The notes beneath the pieces were generated by a model. It did no database searches. It had not been told where the DNA came from and worked only from the letters and a program-made list of their open reading frames with translations. A stretch of DNA of 64,000 nt from a virus. Below are positions 33,601 through 42,392 of the stretch, one piece after another. The position numbers were made by a program, and so were the translations under genes. The stretch's first letter is position 1. Each line of letters begins with the position of its first letter. The stretch covers positions 1-64,000 of IMG/VR virus record IMGVR_UViG_3300047444_000783; one strand, given 5' to 3'.

Positions 33601-36600
33601 GTACGTCGGCACCAGATGATCCACGCGGTCGAGGTTCGCCTTGAACCAGTCCTTAAAGACGTCGCCGAGTTGGTCCTGGATCGCCTGCTCGTGGAGGTCG
33701 AACACGGTCTTTGTCTTCTGCTTGCCGTTATAGTCGTACTCGCCGGTGCCGACGACCGTCGTCGCGCGCTTGTGGTTCAGGTACTGCTCGACCTGCTTGG
33801 CGTCGAACTCGTGATCACCTATTTCTCCGGTCTTTGCGTTCGTCACGACGCTCCGCTTGAACGTACCTTTGCCGCCGACCTTCCACATGTGCCGGTTGTT
33901 CTCTGGCACGTACTCGAGTTCGGCGTTCAGGCCGGCCGACTTCAGCCAATTCAGGACCGTCCCCTGGTCCATGAACGAACTGAACGGGTCTGCCGGTAAC
34001 TCATTGACCGTCGCCTGTGGAGGGAGCGCCGCCTCGAGTTCCTTCATCTGGCTGTCAAGTGCTGGTAAGATACCCTGATCGAATTTCGATGGGTCCGCCT
34101 GGACCTGCTGGATCATCGCCTCCGTCTGATCGATCTTCGGCCAGATCGGACCATACAGATACTCCTCGTTGATATCGATCGTCGGCTTGCCATCGGCGGA
34201 GAGCGCGCTGATGCTAAACCCAGGCCGACCGACCAGGAGTTCGTCGATCTGGCCGGTCCCGCGGTATCGCTGCTCGATCTCCCCACGGTTTAGCTCGCCA
34301 GTCTTTTCGTAAACAAACTTAGCGACGTCCTCGATATCCTTCGGGTCGTACTTCCGGTCCGGCGGAATCGGCTTCCAGATCGTGTTAGTCGTGAAGACCG
34401 CCGACGGCTTACCGTTCCGATCGGTCAGTCCAGCCAGCGACCAGATCCGCGGATCCGCAAAGCTGAGCGGATTGTTCTCGGTCCCGCCCCCGACCAGCAG
34501 ATATAGGTTGTTGTCGTACCCCGGCGGCGGGGCCATCTTCCCTTTGTTCTTGCCCGACTGGATAGCGAACTGAGTCCGGTAGTTCTGGATCGCCTGGAGC
34601 AACTGTGGCCGGATCTTGTCGGCCGCCTTCGTGTCGTCTTTACGGAGCGAGTCGTAGAGTTTGTCCGTCAGCTCCATCATGCGGACAGACTGAATCACAC
34701 GCTGGTGAGCGTTCGGTGCCAGCCCCTTCGGGAACGCCGGGTACATGTTCCCATCGCCTGACGCGTAATTGATCTGGTCTTTCTTCGAATCGTAGATCAG
34801 TGTCCCGTGGCGCGTGCCTTCCGGCGCCTTGCCTACCGGCTGTTCGGTTTCCGCAAAACCGGCGACCGACGCCTTAGTCTCCCGCGGTACCCACTTGATA
34901 TCGTCGCCGAGACTCCCGCTCATGAACTCTTCGATCGGCTTCGTCGGCCGGACGCCAATGCGGGTCACCTGGCGCACACCGTAGCCGGCTTCCGGCTTAC
35001 CCCACATCTGCTCCGGGTTCTTCAGGTAGTAATCGTTCAAGCGGGCAGGCGGCTGTCCGGACTTGGAAAACTGATCTGTCTCGCGCGCATTAATCCATTC
35101 GCCGGTCTTTGGCTCCTCGGTGATCTTGAATTCGAATTCAACGCCAGCGGCCTTAGTAACAGCCTGAATCGCCTTGATCGCCTCAATCTCTTCGGGCGTA
35201 CGCTTCCGCAGAAAGACCGCGTCGACGGACCCGCCGTACTGGGTGTTCTTCTGAAACTCGCCGGCTGGCGTTCGGTAGGCGCCAAGGAACTCCGCTTTCT
35301 CGCTGATCAGCTTGCGGATCTCCGGACTCAGCTTATCCATCGTGCCGGTCGACGTCAGGAAGGACACGACACCGTTTGGCTTTGCCAGATCCAGCGACTT
35401 CATGAAGAAGAAGTCGTGTAGCGTACTGATGTTCTTATAGGCTTCGGCGTCCTTGGAATATTGAAGTTGACCGCGCGAAGCACTGAACGGCACGTTCGAG
35501 AAGATGACGTCGAACAACTGCTTCGTGATGAATTCTTCGAACGGCTTGTTCTGAACGTTCGCCTGTGGGTACAGAAGCGCCGCGATCTTCGCGGCCGTCG
35601 GGTCGATCTCGACCATCGTGATCTTTGTGCCGGCCGGAGCGAAGCCCGCGTAGTTGCCGATGCCGGCAGCCGGTTCGAGCATGCTCGCGCCGTCGAGTGG
35701 ATAGCCCATGGCCTGTAGCTTGTTCCAGTGCCACTGCACCATCTTGTACGACGTGTAGTGCTCAAACAGCACGCCCTCTTCGGCCGACTGCAGTCCACCG
35801 TGGCCGGTGTACTGGCGCAGGATATCCTGCTCTTCGGGCGTCAGTGGGTCGCCCGGCTTCTTCGTCGCCGCGAGATCGGTCGCGCGCGCGTTGATATCCC
35901 GCCGTTGCTGCGGTGTCAGCACAACCGGTTCTTTGCCGATTAGGGTAAAACGTTCTCGGGCTGATCGTTCAACGCGTTCTGATTTAGCTGGCTGCGTAGC
36001 TGGTCGCTCGGCAGGCTGCCCGCCAGGTATTCCTTCGTTAGATCCGAGATCAGATTCGCCCGGCCGTACTCCTCCACCACCGCCGGCGGCAGGCTGTTGT
36101 CCACGAAGTCCGCCGCCATCTCCTCCGCCTGCTGAACCCGGTCCATCTCGTTCAACGGGATGTTCGTCAGGTCCGTGTCCCCCGATAGATCCGGTAGATC
36201 CTGTGGCATTGTCTTCCTCCCCTATAGCTTCAGGATGATCCTTAAACCACTGAGAAATCAAGTCAAATTGACTGCGAAGGTACGGACGGATGGCTTCACC
36301 GATGTCATCGATCATCCGCTCGGCCCAGGCACCGAACTCGCGCGCGCCGGCTTCGAAGTAATAGCCGCCGAGTTTGAACATGTCGGCCAGCATCTCCGGG
36401 TCGAATCCGACGTTCAGTTGCTTGAACTTATCGCGCAGCCGCTTGCGAGCCGCGTCCGCATCGTCCTCGGTAAAGAACTTGTTGCCCTGTCCGAAACCTT
36501 TCTTCGGTTCAGCCTCTGGTTCTGGCGGAGGCGGGATGTGTGGGCCACCGACTGGCGGAGGCGGAAGAGTCGGAGCAGGTCGCGTCTGAGTGGCGCCGCC

Positions 36601-39600
36601 CTTGCCGCTTTCAACGAAATCCTTCGCGGCCTTCCGATCCTTAAAAGGACCGTCTGTAATCATTCCATTTTCGGTACCGACAACCCACTTACCCTTATTC
36701 TGCCCAATCGGCGACTTGTAGACGACTCTCTTACCTGCGAAAATCTCGCCAGTTACGGACTTCTCGACACCCTTCTCGTCCTTGTACGGCAGTTCGATCT
36801 CATCCCATCCGCGCTCGGCAGGAGGCCCCTCGACAGGTTTCGGTGCCGCGGGCTTGGTTGTCGCAGGCGCTTCGACTGCTGCTCTTGTTACCCGGCTGGC
36901 TGGGATCCATTTGCTCAACTGCCCATTATCAAGGGCGATCTTGACGTCATTGCCGATGACCTGATAGACAAGGCCTGTACCCTCGTCTGCCGTGACGCGA
37001 TCTCCCCCCTTGAATGGGTTCGCCGTCTCGGCTTTCTCCGGCTTCGTCTCGGGCGGCGCCTCAACCGGCGCAGGAACTTCAGGTTTCGTCTCAGCCGCGG
37101 CGGGTTTCGCCTCGCTGTCGGTGTAGCCGTACAGTCGCAGCGTCTTGATGTATGCTGGCGATTTATCGATCGTGGATCCGTCGGCAAGCACGACCTGCTC
37201 GCCCCGGATGCTGACGACGTCCTGGCCATTCAGTTTGAATACTTTCTTGGGCTTCTGTAACTCTGGAAGTTCTGTCTTTTGTGACTCCGCCGGAGTCGTC
37301 GGGTCGGCGGCCTGCGGTGGCTTCGCCTCTTCCGGTGTCGCCTTCGTTGGCTTCGCGCCAGACTTCCCGTTCCACGCGGTCTCCCCATGGCGCACGAAGT
37401 AGATGCCGCCGGGGATCCGCTTGAAGTCCTTCAGGCCGTCGACGTCCTGAATCTTCCAGGTCCCGTCCTGATCACGCGACAGCCGGTGGACCGAACCTGG
37501 TTCCGTGTCGTCGCCGAATCCGGTGATCGTCTTATCGTCGGTCTTGAGGTCCTGGCCAACCCCAGCCTTGATCCATCCTTCGATCGTCTTGATCGATCGG
37601 CGATTGACGACGATCACGCGGCGACTGTCGGGGTTGTGGTCCAACTCCGCCATCTCGCTATAGACTTCCGGTAGGAGTCGGGCCTTGTACTGGTTGAAAC
37701 TTTCGCCGGGAGTCGACGAATGCTCGGACTGCCCTTCGAATTTCTCGTCTGGGCGGTTGATGATCTGATCGTTGATCTGATCGATGACGTCCGAACTCTT
37801 CTGTCCCTCGAGCGGACCGTACGCGATATCGCGGAGGTTCGGTGTCGTACGGACTGGCGTACCGGTCTCGCCAGCAAGCGCCTTGGCCGTCTGCTGGGTG
37901 CGCGTCAGGTCGGCCGCCGCGATTGAGTCGACGCCGCCCTTTTCCGCAAACTTCTTACCCAACTCCTGGACGTCCAACAATCCGTGGAGCGTCAGCGGGA
38001 GATTGACGGATCCGCGGATCCGGTCGTCGCGCTCATCCTGGGGCTTATCTGGCGTCGATACGATCTCGTCACCATGCGCGATGTGGCCTGGCGGAATCTC
38101 GTCCAGCCCGAGATGGTTACGCGCCATCTGATCGGTGATGTTCGGATGTGCTCGCCGGTCTGGAAAGTCGATCGGATGATCGCCCGTACGGCGGTCCGAG
38201 ACGGTCGTGTCTGCCGGAGTTTCTACCGGCGCCTCCGGAGTCGACTCCGGCATCGGCATGCCTGGGCCGCCGGCTGCTGCACCCACCTGCTGATCTGGCC
38301 CGGCGAATGCCTGCGGCCCTTTCGAGGCTGCCTTGACGCGCGCGACCTTGTCCTTAATCGACTGACGCTCGACCTGTTCGACCCCGCCCTGCTCGCCGAT
38401 CGCCTGATCAACGAGTTTGTCGGCCATGGCCTTCGCGCTCTCAGGGTCGAACGTATCCGGGCGCCGACCGTACAGGACTTCCGAAACCTCGGCCTTCAGG
38501 TCATTGATTGCCTGGATCTTTCGCGCTGTCCCGATCCCGCCGATCGTTTCAGCCACGGCATGGAAAATCGAGGCCGCCCCCATCGTGGTCGCGATACGCT
38601 CGAGGCGCGACTGATGGTATCCAACCTCCTGGTCCTTCTCGCCCGTATCTTCCTTCGGTTCGATCAGGCCGACGGTGAAGGCCGTGCCGAGCGTATGTTC
38701 AAGGCGCGTCAGAATATTCGCGGCAATCCCGGTCTCGGCCGTTCCGTACAGTGGGGCAAGTAATCGCGAGATCTTCGCCCATGGCGCGCCCATCGCGACC
38801 AGCCCGGTAATCGTATTCGTCGCCGCCTGCCATTTATCGGCGGGGGCGGCCAATCCAAGTTGCTGTAGGCGCTCTTCGGCGCCGGGCAGAAGTTTGAAGT
38901 TCTTATCGACGATCGGAATATGGAGGGTACCGGTCGCGGCATCGGCCATGCCGAGTGTTGCGGCAGACAGCCCGGCCTCGGCTCCGCGGACCGTCCGGCG
39001 ATACATGTCCTTCGCGACTTCCGTCCACGGGCTGGGTTCGGTAATCTGTCCTGGCGTCGCGAGATCGCGGGTCGCTAGGCGCTCGTACGACTCAACCTGC
39101 TGGCGAAGTTCTTCCGGGTCCTGCTGGAGTGGCGGACGGATTGGCCCGGCCATCGTTTCCGGTGGCATCCCGCCGCGCTGCGCCTGACTCTCGTGCAGGT
39201 TCTGCGCGAACGCGTCAGCGTTATCCGGGTTATCGAATTTACCAAGATGCTCGCCCGTCTGGTGGTAGTAGTCGATCGCCGGCTGCATCCACTTGCGCCA
39301 TGCCTGCTGCTTCTGCACGTCCGACATGCCGGGCGTGATCTTCGGCTGCATCCCGTCGGTCAGTCGCTTCCCGTTGACGACAGTCGGGATCAGGACTTCC
39401 TGGCCATTCTCTTCGAACGAGGCTGAACTTGTCGTCGAGACCGAACCGTCCGGATTCTTAAGGACCGGCCGGTTATACAACTCCTTGACTGTCCCGGGCG
39501 TGACCAGGCCTTTCGGCGCTAGCGGCTGACCCTGAGCGATCTTCTGCAGGTCGCGCGGCGTCAACTCCGGATAGCCGGAGTCGTGGTAGATCTGCAGGTT

Positions 39601-40224
39601 CTTCGTGCTCTGTGTGATCTGCGATCCGTCGTCCAGGACCAGCGCGTTGCCGTACGTACCGGCGATCGCGCGAGCGCCCGTCGATGGGAGCGGCGGCAAT
39701 GCCAACTGTGGCTTAGCCAAGACTGGAGGCGGTGTCGTCAGCGGCGTATTCGGAGGAACGACCGGCTGATTGATGCCCGTTACCGCCGGCGGCTTCGGAG
39801 CGGGCGGCACATTCTGGCTGGCCTGATAAGCCTTCTCGGATGCGACCGCCCCCTTGGCGGCCGACGCGATGGCGGCTGGTGCTCCGTACAGGTTGACCGT
39901 CGGGTGCAGGAGCGCACCCTTCACGATATCGAAGGTGCTTGGTTCGACGATCGGCGCGATCGGAGGCTTCGGCTGTGGCGGCTCGTACGTGTAGTACGTC
40001 TTCCAGAGCGAGGTCTTGGTGTCGGAGTCCGTTGGGAGCGCACGGATGTACGTCTCAAGTTGCGTTCGGTCCAGCGCCTTCTGGGCGAATACGCGCTGGA
40101 CGTCCTGCACCTTGTCGGGTGGCAATCCGGTAGTAAGCGAATCCAGACTCGCCTGGCGCTCCGTCTTTTCGACCGGCCCTAATGGCTGCGGTATTTGCGG
40201 TGGAGACTCAAGTGGTTCTGCCAT
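27685..40224 (-). CDS. 4179-aa DarB-like polyvalent internal virion protein: permuted His-phosphatase, N6-adenine-type MTase, SNF2-like helicase, LPD38-like C-terminus
   Basis: LRQYTGHGG, LEPAAGIG, NVPF; AHGVGAGKT, DELH, LTATP, EQREGRGVRQGN; RHGETAWN; NRDSFTGKEIV. Confidence 0.88.
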   Translation of the reverse strand: MAEPLESPPQIPQPLGPVEKTERQASLDSLTTGLPPDKVQDVQRVFAQKALDRTQLETYIRALPTDSDTKTSLWKTYYTYEPPQPKPPIAPIVEPSTFDIVKGALLHPTVNLYGAPAAIASAAKGAVASEKAYQASQNVPPAPKPPAVTGINQPVVPPNTPLTTPPPVLAKPQLALPPLPSTGARAIAGTYGNALVLDDGSQITQSTKNLQIYHDSGYPELTPRDLQKIAQGQPLAPKGLVTPGTVKELYNRPVLKNPDGSVSTTSSASFEENGQEVLIPTVVNGKRLTDGMQPKITPGMSDVQKQQAWRKWMQPAIDYYHQTGEHLGKFDNPDNADAFAQNLHESQAQRGGMPPETMAGPIRPPLQQDPEELRQQVESYERLATRDLATPGQITEPSPWTEVAKDMYRRTVRGAEAGLSAATLGMADAATGTLHIPIVDKNFKLLPGAEERLQQLGLAAPADKWQAATNTITGLVAMGAPWAKISRLLAPLYGTAETGIAANILTRLEHTLGTAFTVGLIEPKEDTGEKDQEVGYHQSRLERIATTMGAASIFHAVAETIGGIGTARKIQAINDLKAEVSEVLYGRRPDTFDPESAKAMADKLVDQAIGEQGGVEQVERQSIKDKVARVKAASKGPQAFAGPDQQVGAAAGGPGMPMPESTPEAPVETPADTTVSDRRTGDHPIDFPDRRAHPNITDQMARNHLGLDEIPPGHIAHGDEIVSTPDKPQDERDDRIRGSVNLPLTLHGLLDVQELGKKFAEKGGVDSIAAADLTRTQQTAKALAGETGTPVRTTPNLRDIAYGPLEGQKSSDVIDQINDQIINRPDEKFEGQSEHSSTPGESFNQYKARLLPEVYSEMAELDHNPDSRRVIVVNRRSIKTIEGWIKAGVGQDLKTDDKTITGFGDDTEPGSVHRLSRDQDGTWKIQDVDGLKDFKRIPGGIYFVRHGETAWNGKSGAKPTKATPEEAKPPQAADPTTPAESQKTELPELQKPKKVFKLNGQDVVSIRGEQVVLADGSTIDKSPAYIKTLRLYGYTDSEAKPAAAETKPEVPAPVEAPPETKPEKAETANPFKGGDRVTADEGTGLVYQVIGNDVKIALDNGQLSKWIPASRVTRAAVEAPATTKPAAPKPVEGPPAERGWDEIELPYKDEKGVEKSVTGEIFAGKRVVYKSPIGQNKGKWVVGTENGMITDGPFKDRKAAKDFVESGKGGATQTRPAPTLPPPPVGGPHIPPPPEPEAEPKKGFGQGNKFFTEDDADAARKRLRDKFKQLNVGFDPEMLADMFKLGGYYFEAGAREFGAWAERMIDDIGEAIRPYLRSQFDLISQWFKDHPEAIGEEDNATGSTGSIGGHGPDEHPVERDGPGSAGGGDGGGLRGQQPAAGGGGGVRPGESDLGSNEGIPGGQPAERPATQPAKSERVERSARERFTLIGKEPVVLTPQQRRDINARATDLAATKKPGDPLTPEEQDILRQYTGHGGLQSAEEGVLFEHYTSYKMVQWHWNKLQAMGYPLDGASMLEPAAGIGNYAGFAPAGTKITMVEIDPTAAKIAALLYPQANVQNKPFEEFITKQLFDVIFSNVPFSASRGQLQYSKDAEAYKNISTLHDFFFMKSLDLAKPNGVVSFLTSTGTMDKLSPEIRKLISEKAEFLGAYRTPAGEFQKNTQYGGSVDAVFLRKRTPEEIEAIKAIQAVTKAAGVEFEFKITEEPKTGEWINARETDQFSKSGQPPARLNDYYLKNPEQMWGKPEAGYGVRQVTRIGVRPTKPIEEFMSGSLGDDIKWVPRETKASVAGFAETEQPVGKAPEGTRHGTLIYDSKKDQINYASGDGNMYPAFPKGLAPNAHQRVIQSVRMMELTDKLYDSLRKDDTKAADKIRPQLLQAIQNYRTQFAIQSGKNKGKMAPPPGYDNNLYLLVGGGTENNPLSFADPRIWSLAGLTDRNGKPSAVFTTNTIWKPIPPDRKYDPKDIEDVAKFVYEKTGELNRGEIEQRYRGTGQIDELLVGRPGFSISALSADGKPTIDINEEYLYGPIWPKIDQTEAMIQQVQADPSKFDQGILPALDSQMKELEAALPPQATVNELPADPFSSFMDQGTVLNWLKSAGLNAELEYVPENNRHMWKVGGKGTFKRSVVTNAKTGEIGDHEFDAKQVEQYLNHKRATTVVGTGEYDYNGKQKTKTVFDLHEQAIQDQLGDVFKDWFKANLDRVDHLVPTYNRMFRSFRHPSFEGKEQAIEGLAANFKGKPLAIHKHQWEATEQLLRTRSGINAHGVGAGKTSQAITMIAIARQRGLINKPLLVVPAKVAGNWAYEIGELFPTAQILNLSEMNSKNRNRMLHQVAMSSPDYIIATYEGMKEIPLRAAEDYFEEDIRQYEDRLRQMKEKTGAQANRKMETVIQEQIRKMRGKLAAIQDMKKTNAIFFEDTGIDSIIGDELHNYKNAPVQYMDMSEWLHAASYSQRAADMLYKTRYIHERKSGRKGQNVWGLTATPTPNNPIEIYNMLQYVAPDEWRDRGINDAGQFVNNFGIVGQTEEAGTTGVPKIRVNFIGYKNMNDLRPIFRRYIDMRPTSAFALQRPTAQYVEHVLNPSPETSFEAARIADIDDWITRNFKEAAANGWIPINLLTVARKLAADLAVYNPIRYRKLLGREGSKLHEIIQQVKQSDQGDNTQLIFMDLYRAIARVPVGGDQERLIKMFLEDGNEDHIKAIDVEDDSGNLSADESTEGEDEANSAVDPSVTPAPGPVDPDAKVKMKTYELVNIHKELKKALMALGIPEDQIAIINQGSNNGPKKKFAVQQANAEGKIRFLIGTTASMGEGMNLQSSTTDIHHYDVPWTPAALEQREGRGVRQGNIDKKTGLPRGIVRVHRYVGKGTSDAKMYAVLARKAKWLEELWFGDSNEVMDFDQDHRNYADISADAQIDPSTLEYWQTSRRITETEKKLKDVEGDDIVEARRMLEKVNNEIAGRQARIEEYTKQIQDGTGSPDYAQRMIEQHRTGIEALEQERLKREDVVKAADQKASEYHAQLEKDRPRLRELIAQNKERGMPVLPEHEAMANEPAEPKVPAAVEGPGSPAAVPSALGIKPVEGPSAVAKTAKTMTLDGKTYRSVTVNTARKDGREPIEGWQIAPGLAMTPSLEKKGNWTLTHTPSGLSLGEHGPISRIAAMGNRIAPIGDWERSPEDLQADKPFMQAVVAKLKGEAGALNFWRGRQPAPIQASLVQSSDPDIRRLDSLPGPQGNIWTKMRAIPAQVYRFATAARYNEDIKDFPLFAERIRRALEIINDAAAQTQKKMEWVVKGLHPVEYDVFRRIIFWEDMYETGKRSGESRIPLAGTSKLTRIDAEINRLRSISTPAVLDAVDRHHQWMEEMWNDFVSRGKADPNDGRAKYFPNMLIHELGDAMDRMPGLPYRMQTPRRLYLKERVGHQTPHDADWIHVMEQYGTRAYAHNMIDDFIERAAAENDVLPKLTQPQLVQLLGQSGQVKPGKIYRDQAGNVLKGFQFNPGNIIYPVQAINEEVVQDALHLGADELIADIANLRNAILGGARRPPIMTDMGEDLTRNVLALGGKHKTYLLPAAIADKLEHFRESNNVSGFGEMIRAATNAWKLSVTTIKPILSTLTTGVPDLSYFTHITIGNQMTLWAEDMGALAKQPEALNILRKKLPPPQYQQIVDLMEEARIWNSTFMATGGVPRAANAPGLRQYRETSTLEKITPWGNNPIGDMLREFQRYSNIVHSLPKVASFLANMERIKQGKPIIARGANVKGLPPEMAAGKAARELTTDYGATSQRMRYVYSTVFPFSSFAVGIIGPWLKRATAQGKIFPGDKFWLSVALPIVAIMIWNHYMYPNLEKDVADWKKEMTHINTGFRDADGKPETIDLELPTDVVKRWFGLHTLEPNIDKVLEGKWTWEQAARQQAEDVFGHQARATWPTAPGAMLEQMLNPIGRAFHDISANRDSFTGKEIVSKSEPNLWGDPAKGYPQTETGKQLMREYFVKQLIGPYMQYLRAQQMDTPDSLLYKWTTSDGPFGWKRALGIHSVDPNQGDRADWYNDKSMLGAFHDEDMRKLDNAYVEWEADNISEADRNAIISSIIDRNDARQTPNPTFPGQAGIGSSDIERMMKSPEHQIRVVDEVLRKTTDPEKRKDLLASKMALQQQIDAKSFKSTPKEQQPYLGLPPIPGPPSLFMPDEVPVPPQ
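35940..36209 (-). CDS. candidate nested (overprinted) 89-aa acidic protein inside the giant gene
   Basis: GGAGG 6 nt before ATG; occupies a Gly-rich linker of the host frame. Confidence 0.45.
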   Translation of the reverse strand: MPQDLPDLSGDTDLTNIPLNEMDRVQQAEEMAADFVDNSLPPAVVEEYGRANLISDLTKEYLAGSLPSDQLRSQLNQNALNDQPENVLP

Positions 40225-40233
40225 CGGTCCCCA

Positions 40234-41838
40234 TTAGAACTTTGGAGCGGTCTGGCTGTTGACGTAGTCCGACAGCTTCTTGTGATCCTCCGGCGTCATA
40301 TCCGCGCCGTGATTAAGGAGATCAATCAGCGTCTCAAGCGATACGGCCGGGTCATGGGCCGAGTGCGCGCCGATCAGGCGGCTTGCGCTATAGCCATCAA
40401 TGGGCGGTCCTGGTAAATCTTTACCTGTTGGACCCTTAACCGGCGGTCCTGGAATCTTCTCCTGATAGCGTGACGGGATGAATTCCCCGCCGGGAGTTCG
40501 AATAGGAGTCTTTTCCATTGCACCGGTCCGCTCGTTCTTCGTGTAAATAAAACTCTGCTTCGTTACCGGATCGATTCCCGGGGTAGTCGAGAACATCGGC
40601 TGCGGCGGATGCGCGTGCGCCTGGTACTCATCCATCAGCGCCTTACCGGTCAGCCCCTTGTCCTTCAGTGACTGGTAGTAGCCCATCCGGACCTGCTCGT
40701 CGGCGTTGAGAGAGTTCGGATCCTTCTTTGCCTTATCCTCGAGCGATTCGATATGGCCGGCAATCCGACTCACCTGCTCGGGCGTGCGCTTCTCCTTCGG
40801 AGTCGAATATGCGGCTGTCAGTATGGCTTCGTCGCTGACTGGCGTGTCGAATTCGCCGGTCTCTGGATTCAACTTCTTGCCATCTTTGACATCCCGCTCG
40901 TTGTACTTTTCGCTTCCGAATAGAACGTCATGGAACCGCTTCTGCCAGGATTCCAGCCGCCCCTTTGGAATCATTCCCGCATTCTCGTACTGCTGCACCG
41001 AGTCCATCACGTGCGCGAAGTCCGGACCGAGCGTGGAGTACGCCTGTCTCAGGGTCTTAACTTCCGGATGCTGAGCGAGCATCCCCTCGACCGCCTGCAG
41101 CGCCGTATCCGCGTGCGCGCCAGCTACCGCCTGAACATACCTCTGCTCAAGCTGTGGGTTACGAACGCCCGCGCCAGGAGTCGTTGATCCTCCAGGAATA
41201 TGCGTAACCGTCTTGTTGATCGCTTCCTGTGCCAATTGCTCCGGCCGCGGCAAAAATTCATTACTCAGTGGCGTCGCCGGAGTAGCTGGGGTGGACGGCT
41301 GTGCCATCGGCCCCAGACCAGTCGGCGCTGCCGGTGTCGCCGCCGGTGCTGCAGGGGCAGCCGGGGCTGGCGGCGTCATGTGACTTAGGTCGCCACCAAA
41401 CGTCTGGCTACCAGGAGACATCGGCGGCAGCGGTGGAGATGGCAGCCGCTCCGGTATCGCGTTCGAGTCACCGCCTGACGCGCCGCCCTGATCGCCCGCG
41501 CGAGGCGGGATCGCATCGGCCGGCCCGGTCACATCGCCTTTCTTCTTGCCGCCAAACATATTCTTGAAGAAGTTGACGACCGAGCTGCCCTGCTGATCCT
41601 GGACCTTCGGAGGCTTCGGTAGGCCGGCGATCCCTTCATTCAGATGGCCGAGTAAGGTCGCCTGGAGTGTCGGGTCGCCCTGGAACTTGTCGATCGAGTC
41701 CGCCAGCATCTTCATGTCCTGAATCTTCTGCTGGTGCTGCTCCATCGCCTGCTGTGCGCCCTGCAGGCGCGCATTGAAGAATCCCTTCATGAATTCTCCG
41801 GCGGCCGTCCCGATTCCTGCTGCTGCCTCACCTGCCAT
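40234..41838 (-). CDS. putative DNA ejection/internal virion protein
   Basis: position, Ala/Gly-rich N-terminus, Pro-rich linker; AGGAG SD. Confidence 0.55.
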   Translation of the reverse strand: MAGEAAAGIGTAAGEFMKGFFNARLQGAQQAMEQHQQKIQDMKMLADSIDKFQGDPTLQATLLGHLNEGIAGLPKPPKVQDQQGSSVVNFFKNMFGGKKKGDVTGPADAIPPRAGDQGGASGGDSNAIPERLPSPPLPPMSPGSQTFGGDLSHMTPPAPAAPAAPAATPAAPTGLGPMAQPSTPATPATPLSNEFLPRPEQLAQEAINKTVTHIPGGSTTPGAGVRNPQLEQRYVQAVAGAHADTALQAVEGMLAQHPEVKTLRQAYSTLGPDFAHVMDSVQQYENAGMIPKGRLESWQKRFHDVLFGSEKYNERDVKDGKKLNPETGEFDTPVSDEAILTAAYSTPKEKRTPEQVSRIAGHIESLEDKAKKDPNSLNADEQVRMGYYQSLKDKGLTGKALMDEYQAHAHPPQPMFSTTPGIDPVTKQSFIYTKNERTGAMEKTPIRTPGGEFIPSRYQEKIPGPPVKGPTGKDLPGPPIDGYSASRLIGAHSAHDPAVSLETLIDLLNHGADMTPEDHKKLSDYVNSQTAPKF

Positions 41839-41866
41839 TTTTAAATGCTCCTAAGTTGTCGCCGGC

Positions 41867-42391
41867 TTACGCCGGCTTAGCCTTAAAGATATTGCCGAAT
41901 AGGGTCCCGAATCCGCCGGCAAGGCTGCCGATACCGCTTGTCCATGCACTCAACTGCTGGGCCGCCAGTTGGGCCAATTGTCCGCTAACGGTCGTCTGCC
42001 CCTGCGTCGCGCCAAGCGCTCCCTGCGTTTCTCCGAGTCCGAGGCCGGTCAGCGACTGCAGGGCGTTATTAATATTGTTCTGGTACAGGCCGCTGATCGT
42101 CTGCGCCTGACTCTGTGCCAGTTGCGTCCGGGCGGCCGGAACGTATCCGCCGGCGGGTGCCGTATCCTGCAACTGCCGGTTGGCGTTCGAAAACTGCTGC
42201 TTCGTGAACTCGGCGGCCGGCGCGACTGCCGCGTACGCCTGCGGTCCGCCTTTGATGATCGCGCTGTAGTAGTCCTGCGACTGCTTGAGTGCGGGCGCGG
42301 CCCCGCTGCTCAGGTTCCCGTAGAGGCTGCTGAAGTTATTGGCCGCCTGTCCTGCAATTTGCTGAGACTGTTTGGCCGCGCCCTTACCCAT
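41867..42391 (-). CDS. putative ejection/pilot protein
   Basis: MGKG start, Q/A/G-rich, C-terminal GIGSLAGGFG; follows a GNAT gene, as in many podoviruses. Confidence 0.6.
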   Translation of the reverse strand: MGKGAAKQSQQIAGQAANNFSSLYGNLSSGAAPALKQSQDYYSAIIKGGPQAYAAVAPAAEFTKQQFSNANRQLQDTAPAGGYVPAARTQLAQSQAQTISGLYQNNINNALQSLTGLGLGETQGALGATQGQTTVSGQLAQLAAQQLSAWTSGIGSLAGGFGTLFGNIFKAKPA

Positions 42392-42392
42392 A

